From: Candidatus Hermodarchaeota archaeon
Lineage (GTDB): Archaea; Asgardarchaeota; Heimdallarchaeia; Hodarchaeales; Hodarchaeaceae
Assembly: GCA_048886185.1 (NCBI GenBank)
Contig: JBHLKY010000004.1
Coordinates: 1 to 32,000, forward strand
Direction: 5' to 3'
Length of the DNA stretch: 32,000 bases
In this document: in pieces, positions 26,046 through 32,000 of the stretch
Position numbering within the stretch: position 1 is the first letter of the stretch
How the letters are laid out: every line of letters begins with the position of its first letter
Position numbers and translations under genes: made by a program
The notes under the pieces: model-generated
The model's database searches: none
Seen by the model: only the letters and a program-made list of their open reading frames with translations
Told to the model about the DNA's origin: nothing

Positions 26046-26423
26046 ATGGTAAACGAGGATTTACTTAGACAATTGTTTGTAAAGAAATCGCTAAAGAATA
26101 ATGAGAAAGGATTCCAACTTCAAATGAAGAATTCGATAAGTGATGCCACAATAATTGCTCCTATCAAACTTGAGATTAGTGGTGAGACTATTGAAAAAGA
26201 AAAATTTAAGGATTTTATCATTGATCTCGATGGAGTGAAGATCAATAATAAAGATATCAATGAGCAAAGTCCTGCGAAGTTCTCTGTTAAATCTACCGCT
26301 ACATTACTTTTTAAGCGGGACAATCCGTTGCCACAAGAGAAATATAAGATCAGATTTACAAAATTATTAACAGAAGAGTACGGAGACCTCCCTTTTGGGA
26401 TGAAAGAACGAGTACGTGATTAG
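26046..26423 (+). CDS. Hypothetical protein (125 aa), probably a soluble beta-sandwich
   Basis: Clean ORF with AAGGA upstream, alternating hydrophobic beta pattern, and a T-rich terminator-like tract downstream. Confidence 0.75.
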   Translation: MVNEDLLRQLFVKKSLKNNEKGFQLQMKNSISDATIIAPIKLEISGETIEKEKFKDFIIDLDGVKINNKDINEQSPAKFSVKSTATLLFKRDNPLPQEKYKIRFTKLLTEEYGDLPFGMKERVRD

Positions 26424-26639
26424 ATTACCCCTCATCTCGGGCCTAATAATTTTTCTTTTTTTCTAATAATATTAATCTCTTTTCTCATTACTTTTTACCT
26501 ATTCCTTCCTTTATGGCTGAATTTCTTCGTCATTCTTGAATGTATCAAGTAAATTGTGATTTTTTGAAAAGAAAAGTTTGTTAAAGAAAAATTCTTAATC
26601 GTCCCATTTCTTTATTGTATAAATTAATCTAAAGGCTGA

Positions 26640-28019
26640 ATGATGAAAATGGAGCATCAAAAACGACTTTTCAAAGATGATGAATTGATTAGGTGGATCA
26701 CAGACATAACTGATGAGGAGATAAATGAGGTTCATAAAAAAAGTTTAGTTCCTTTTTATGATCAGCTATTTGTTGAGGGATATGGTTCCTATTTAAAAGA
26801 TCAGACGGGTAAAGAATTTTTAGATTGTACTGCTCAAGCATGGACATGTAATATTGGTTTTGCAAATCCTGATGTTGCTTTTGCTGTGAGTGAACAATTA
26901 AAAAGGCTGACTCATGTACGATATGGCTTTCCAACAATCCCTCGAATAAAATTCATTCATAAATTGGTCAGTATTACACCTGGAAATTTAAAGAAGGTCG
27001 CGGTTAATGCCATGGGCGGGGGAGCAGCTATCGAAGCTGCATTACGATTGGCTATGATTAATAAACCTGATGCAGAACATTTTTATACGTATACACGAGG
27101 GTATCACGGAAGCTCACTTGCAACAATGACCCTGTCCACACGATTCGCGGGAGTAACCCGTTTTCGCTCTTGGGGATTCGATCGTGTTTCAAAAATTCCT
27201 TTTCCATACTGTTATCGTTGCCCCATGGGACAAGAGGATGAAAAAACATGTCATCTTGAGTGTCTAGAATTAGCAAAACATATGATCGAATATGGTTCAG
27301 TTGACAAAGTGTGTGGAATATTAATGGAGCCACTTCAAGCACCAGGGGGTCATATCCCTGCTCCTAAAGAATATCTTAAGGAGCTTAGGTTTTTTACCCA
27401 AAAAAATGATATTTTTTTAATTTTTGATGAGTCACAAGTTTTCACTCGCATTGGCTACTGGTTCTCTTCAGATTTTTACGAAGGAGTCGTTCCTGACATT
27501 ACTTGTCTTACAAAGGCTATTGGGGGCGGATTGCCTATGGGGGTCACCATTGCACGAGATGATTTAACTGGTTTTAATGCAGCGGAAGAACATACAACAT
27601 TTGGTGCTAATCCCCTTATGTTTGCCTCTGGTTTGGTTTTTCTCAATTACATTGAAAAAGCTGACCTATTAAAAAACACTCGGGATCAGGGAAACTATCT
27701 TACATCCAAATTGAAGCAATTACAGAAAAAATATGATGTAATTGGGGATATCCGATGTCCAGGGTTATTTATTGGTGTTGAATTTGTCAAGGATCCTGAA
27801 ACTAAAGAACCTGCAAATGCTCTTTGCTCTGATCTCATTGAGGAAGCTATGAATCAAGGAGTGATTTTTGGTCACTCTGCACCAATATCCTCAGATACTG
27901 GAAAACTCTTCAGAAATGTCCTTAAGATTAAACCACCACTCATAATCAACCGTGAAGATTCTGACCAAATTTTAACTGTTTTTGAATCAGCACTTGAAGA
28001 AGCTATAGATTATATGTAA
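26640..28019 (+). CDS. Class-III PLP-dependent aminotransferase-fold enzyme, possibly a phospho-lyase
   Basis: GYHGSS, EPLQAPGG, FDESQ, PDITCLTKAIGGGLP (PLP lysine), HTTFGANP, and C-terminal NVLKIKPPL. Confidence 0.88.
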   Translation: MMKMEHQKRLFKDDELIRWITDITDEEINEVHKKSLVPFYDQLFVEGYGSYLKDQTGKEFLDCTAQAWTCNIGFANPDVAFAVSEQLKRLTHVRYGFPTIPRIKFIHKLVSITPGNLKKVAVNAMGGGAAIEAALRLAMINKPDAEHFYTYTRGYHGSSLATMTLSTRFAGVTRFRSWGFDRVSKIPFPYCYRCPMGQEDEKTCHLECLELAKHMIEYGSVDKVCGILMEPLQAPGGHIPAPKEYLKELRFFTQKNDIFLIFDESQVFTRIGYWFSSDFYEGVVPDITCLTKAIGGGLPMGVTIARDDLTGFNAAEEHTTFGANPLMFASGLVFLNYIEKADLLKNTRDQGNYLTSKLKQLQKKYDVIGDIRCPGLFIGVEFVKDPETKEPANALCSDLIEEAMNQGVIFGHSAPISSDTGKLFRNVLKIKPPLIINREDSDQILTVFESALEEAIDYM

Positions 28020-28035
28020 GATAAGCTTTCAATTA

Positions 28036-29649
28036 TTGAAGTTGATTGATTTGACTGAAAGAAAATTCCTAGCATATGATTTGGGGACGACTGCAACCAA
28101 GGCCGTCCTCATTTCTAACCAAATAGAATTTATTGACTCTTCAGTTGAAGAGTATAAAACTTACTTTCCTCAGCTCGGATATGCTGAGCACAATCCAGAG
28201 GATTGGTGGCGTACTATTGTATCAACCACAAAAAAGCTTCTTGAAAAAACCAGTACGCCTCCTGATGAGATTGGAGCGTTAACTTTCTGTTCCCAGATGC
28301 AAGGGTTAACCCCTGTAGATGAACAGGGCACCCCATTGATGAATTGTATGATATGGTTGGATGCCAGGGGGTCAGAGTATCTGTATAAACTATGGCCATG
28401 GCCACGAGTCATGGGATATTCTCCATATCGGTTATTTCTAAAATTTTTAAAAATAACAGGAGGTGCTCCTGGGCTTACAGGTAAAGATCAAATTCCAAAA
28501 ATTCTTTGGTTAAAAAATAAGCATCCAGAGATCTATAATAAAACCTACAAGTTTTTAGATGTGAAAGATTATGTGATCTTTCGATTAACTGGGAAAATGG
28601 TAACTAGTACTGATTTTGCGTATGTTTGGTGGCTTCTTGATACAAGGAAGAAAGAAGGAATACCAAGGAATGAATGGTCTGAAACTTTGTGTAAAATGTA
28701 CAAAATAGATATGAAAAAACTCCCAGAAGTTGAAAAACCCACTGAAATTATTGGCTCCTTAACCGATGAGGCAGCAAGTACGCTTGGTCTTCTAAAAGAA
28801 ACGCCTATTGTCTGCGGTGTAGGAGATCTGACAGCTGCGGCAATTGGTTCTGGTGCGGTACTAGATAGTGAGTTACATTGTCAAATAGGAACTTCTGGAT
28901 GGGTTGCAGGTCATGTATCTGATAGAAAGGTAGATATAAATCATTATACTGGATGTGTTGGATCAGCTTTTCCTGATAAATTCTATTTGGCTGTAGCACA
29001 TCAAGAAATTGCTGGAGCATGTCTTGAATGGGTAAAGAAAAACATTATTTATTATAAAGAAGAATTACTAGCAAAAGAGAAGAAACAAGTCTATGAGATC
29101 TTTGATGAGTTAGTATCTAGTTGCAACCCTGGAGCCAAAGGTAAGGGAGGGACTTATCTAATGTTCTTACCTTGGTTTGCAGGGGAGAGAGCTCCATTAG
29201 ATGACGATCATGTTCGCGGTGGATTGATGAATCTTTCACTGGATCATGACAGGAGGCATTTACTTCGTGCGGTTTTTGAAGGTGTTGCTCTTAATGCAAG
29301 ATGGGCTTTAGAGACCGTTGAAAACCTGTACTCTCCTGTACATTCGCTTTCTATTATTGGAGGAGGAGCCAAATCTGATGTTTGGTGTCAGATTTATGCT
29401 GATGTGCTAAATAGAACCATTCACCGAGTAAAAGATCCACAGGAAGCTGGTGCATTAGGAGCAGCCATTGTAGCGAAAATGGCTTTGAGTGAACTCAAAG
29501 ATATATCTGAAATAAAAGACTACATTCACTTTGATCTTAAGTTTACTCCCAATCCTGACCATCGTGATCTATATGACCATCTGTACAAGGAGTTTAAGAA
29601 TCTCTATAAACAAAATAAAAAATGGTTTAAACGTATGAACACACTTTGA
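28036..29649 (+). CDS. FGGY-family carbohydrate kinase (xylulokinase-like)
   Basis: AYDLGTTATKA, EHNPEDWW, CSQMQG, IWLDAR, GVGDLTAA, LPWFAGERAP, IIGGGAKS. TTG start 16 nt after the upstream stop. Confidence 0.92.
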   Translation: MKLIDLTERKFLAYDLGTTATKAVLISNQIEFIDSSVEEYKTYFPQLGYAEHNPEDWWRTIVSTTKKLLEKTSTPPDEIGALTFCSQMQGLTPVDEQGTPLMNCMIWLDARGSEYLYKLWPWPRVMGYSPYRLFLKFLKITGGAPGLTGKDQIPKILWLKNKHPEIYNKTYKFLDVKDYVIFRLTGKMVTSTDFAYVWWLLDTRKKEGIPRNEWSETLCKMYKIDMKKLPEVEKPTEIIGSLTDEAASTLGLLKETPIVCGVGDLTAAAIGSGAVLDSELHCQIGTSGWVAGHVSDRKVDINHYTGCVGSAFPDKFYLAVAHQEIAGACLEWVKKNIIYYKEELLAKEKKQVYEIFDELVSSCNPGAKGKGGTYLMFLPWFAGERAPLDDDHVRGGLMNLSLDHDRRHLLRAVFEGVALNARWALETVENLYSPVHSLSIIGGGAKSDVWCQIYADVLNRTIHRVKDPQEAGALGAAIVAKMALSELKDISEIKDYIHFDLKFTPNPDHRDLYDHLYKEFKNLYKQNKKWFKRMNTL

Positions 29650-29672
29650 ATAGAATTTCTAATCCTTTAGCT

Positions 29673-30698
29673 CTACGTTGAGACTATAGCAAAATCATCT
29701 GGGAATTTCATTTGTAAATAAGCTTGAATCTCCTCTCCATCAATCTGCTCAATGAATATATTTGTTTCTGGAATCTTTATTCTGGTCCAAACTAATAGAT
29801 CTTTACCAATCGAGACACTCTTTCTCATAGAATCAGATTCATTAACTATCAGAATCACAGAGAAATCTGGCTCCTCCACACGGACCAATTTATAATTATC
29901 CGATACTTCATCTTTTCCAGCAGTTTGACTGCGTTTCATCAGGATCTCTTTTACTCCAGCTCCCATTGATGCTTCAGCAAAAGTGTTGACAGCAGAAAAC
30001 ATGCTTGTTAATAGCGCAGGATCATAATGGGATTTTCCTTGAGTGGATGTACTGCTCCCAATTAAAATCCCTGATTCTGTTTGGTAAATACAAACATTAT
30101 AGATGTTGATATTAGGCAGGATAATTTCACCAGTTAACGTTTCTATTAACCAGTCGAATGCTTGATAAAAATTCGTTCCTGTCTTTGCTGACATATGAAA
30201 TATATTAATAGCGCGGAAATTCCCCTTTGTTTGAATATCGTAAAGATCAAAATTTTTAAGTAATGTAACGTAGGGATCTACTCCTGATATATCCGCTTTA
30301 TTCGCTGCTATAAGAAGAACAGCGTTCTCGGGAATATTTGGCATTGCATTATAGAGAGCAGCTCTACTAGATGGAAAACTGCTAGGATTAGAACAATCTA
30401 CCACAAATACTACAGCAGTGGATAATTTCAGATAATCTCCCCAAATCATGTGAAATGACTCTTGCCCACCTAGATCAAATGCTTGAAATTGAACATTTCG
30501 ATATACAAACGAGTCAACATTCAATCCCATTGTTCTTACTGAACTCCCATAGAATTCCCCTGTTCTTAAGCGATGAAGAATGGTAGTTTTTCCTGCATAT
30601 GCTTCTCCTATGAAGGTAATTAGTTCTTGCTGAGGAGGAGTTGCAGTAGCTTTCTCTTCCTTCGAATGACGTCTAAAGAGTCTCTTTAACAGGGAAAT
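29673..30698 (-). CDS. Arf-family small GTPase fused to a C-terminal longin/roadblock-like domain (341 aa, probable ATT start)
   Basis: The frame stays open 56 codons above the track's ATG (30530) and contains the P-loop GEAYAGKTT. Other motifs: G2 RTMGLNV, G3 DLGGQ, G4 NKAD, G5 SAK. GGAGGA SD (30706-30711) lies 7 nt before the ATT at 30698. Confidence 0.85.
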   Translation of the reverse strand: MSLLKRLFRRHSKEEKATATPPQQELITFIGEAYAGKTTILHRLRTGEFYGSSVRTMGLNVDSFVYRNVQFQAFDLGGQESFHMIWGDYLKLSTAVVFVVDCSNPSSFPSSRAALYNAMPNIPENAVLLIAANKADISGVDPYVTLLKNFDLYDIQTKGNFRAINIFHMSAKTGTNFYQAFDWLIETLTGEIILPNINIYNVCIYQTESGILIGSSTSTQGKSHYDPALLTSMFSAVNTFAEASMGAGVKEILMKRSQTAGKDEVSDNYKLVRVEEPDFSVILIVNESDSMRKSVSIGKDLLVWTRIKIPETNIFIEQIDGEEIQAYLQMKFPDDFAIVST

Positions 30699-30765
30699 GG
30701 GTAAATCCTCCAGTATTTGGTGGATTTATTCAATTGAGCTTTTGATACTTTCAACTATAAGAATC

Positions 30766-30787
30766 TACCTCGAGAATTACCTCGAGA
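30766..30787. repeat. Tandem 10-bp direct repeat TACCTCGAGA (period 12) upstream of the Arf gene
   Basis: Exact copies at 30766-30775 and 30778-30787. Confidence 0.5.
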
Positions 30788-31330
30788 GTTATTCTTCATT
30801 CACAAAATAGTTAAAATAAGGTTCGATTAATTATTTCTAAAATGATAAGCAAATTTAAATAGAATAATCAAATTTAGTTTTGACTTTACTATTAGGATAT
30901 ATTCTCTCATCGCTTTATGTGGTTAGGAATAGTTCCTGCTTTTTTGGTTACTACTGGAACAAATTTTACTTTGATTGTGGATACCAAAATAAGAATACAA
31001 AAAAACCTGCTATAAGGTCTGAAAACTTATCTACTTCATTTTTATTTCCTGTTTTCTAATAATTTCTAAAAATTCTAAGTAAATCAAGAAATTGACTAAA
31101 ATTCATAATACTTGTATTTCAAATTTGTTTTCATTGAAACATAAAACTCTTGAAATTTTCCTTTACTGGCATTAAACAAAAAAAAATACTTTACATTTGT
31201 GATTAAGTCTCCCCATAACATCAAAATCCTCCATCCTCAATTCTTCGTTCTGTATTTATCGAGTGTAGGGGATTGGATATCTAATTAACAATCATCTTAA
31301 AAACGAAAGGGATTTAAAGCTTTTTTCATG

Positions 31331-31430
31331 TGCGGAGAAATTCTCTAGAACATCGCTTCTGCCTGTATTTGCGGAAATATTCTCTAGATAGCCTTTTGAG
31401 TTTGAAAATAACAATATTTTATTATCTAGA
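31331..31430. repeat. Spaced direct repeats upstream of the PAS gene
   Basis: TGCGGAGAAATTCTCTAGA (31331-31349) and TGCGGAAATATTCTCTAGA (31370-31388) match at 17/19 positions. A third partial copy ends in TATTATCTAGA at 31430. Confidence 0.55.
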
Positions 31431-31500
31431 TCGGTTTATTCTTTTGCACTCTCAGGAAATAAGAATGTTTAGAATAATCCGTTAAAAAGGTGATTCAGCG

Positions 31501-32000
31501 AGGCGAACAGTTTTAAGGAACAATGAATTATACCCTCAAGAGCAGGTAATTAATTTTATAGACCAGATTATCGGAAATATTACCTCTTCGGGAGTATTTG
31601 TACTAGACCGTAAAACAATGAAGATTATTACTTCTAATGATGATTTTGCCCAAATTCTACGGTATAATTCTGGATCAGACGTTTCTGGACTGACTCTCTG
31701 GGAACTCCTTCTTCCAATGGATATGCAAACACCATTAATGACCTTAAAACAAACAGGGTATTTTCAGGGGGAGGTTCGTGCTTTCACTAAAGGACGAGAC
31801 ATAATTTTGTTAGATTTTACTATCTTAGACATTCATCAATTTAAAATAATCCTTGGAGTAGTTAAAGATATAACTGAACAACAAAAGACTAAAAAACAAT
31901 TAATAGAATCAGAGGCACGGTATCGGGCGTTTGTTGAGAATATTCGAGAAGGACTTATGATTCTAGATGAAGATCAAAGGGTTGTTTTTGTGAATCCAGT
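31501..32000 (+). CDS. Multi-PAS-domain sensor protein, 3'-truncated, start uncertain (absent from the track)
   Basis: Frame 1 is open from 31486 to the window end: SSGVFVLDRKTMKIITSNDDFAQILRY...FQGEV...VKDITEQ...ESEARYRAFVENIREGLMILDEDQRVVFVNP, i.e. PAS-PAC then a second PAS. Confidence 0.85.

Noticed and set aside
151-29020. Remaining 60-130 aa track ORFs nested antisense or out of frame within long genes
   Set aside because: They are fully contained in strongly supported CDSs and have no motifs of their own.
29673-30530. Track's 285-aa version of the GTPase
   Set aside because: It omits the in-frame P-loop; the real start must be upstream.
30917-31015. 32-aa ORF MWLGIVPAFLV... in the intergenic region
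   Set aside because: It has no SD or other support and is of a length expected by chance.
31331-31430. Mini CRISPR array
   Set aside because: The repeats are only about 19 bp, degenerate and 2-3 in number, the spacers are about 20 bp, and no cas genes are present.

Overview
AT-rich archaeal chromosomal window, most likely from an Asgard archaeon (inferred from an Arf-like GTPase fused to a longin-like domain, a tandem archaeal histone, a tungsten AOR, and GGTGA/GGAG ribosome-binding sites). From left to right it holds: a 5'-truncated SERCA-like P-type Ca-ATPase convergent with a CaCA exchanger; a doublet histone; an orphan N6-adenine DNA methyltransferase; an ECF S-component; an unannotated 50-aa zinc-finger microprotein; a large membrane-anchored M6 metalloprotease; a RuBisCO-like protein (form IV); a six-gene acyl/aldehyde/alcohol cluster (MoaD-like, acyl-CoA ligase, PlsC-like acyltransferase, AOR, SCP2, Fe-ADH); two large surface proteins; a 125-aa hypothetical; a class-III PLP enzyme with phospho-lyase-like residues next to an FGGY kinase; an Arf-longin fusion whose true start appears to be ATT; and a 3'-truncated PAS sensor. 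No rRNA, tRNA, CRISPR array or mobile element was recognised. The best candidates for undescribed systems are the FGGY kinase plus PLP phospho-lyase pair and the PlsC/SCP2/AOR/ADH/CoA-ligase lipid cluster. All family calls come from motif recognition by eye; no database search was run.
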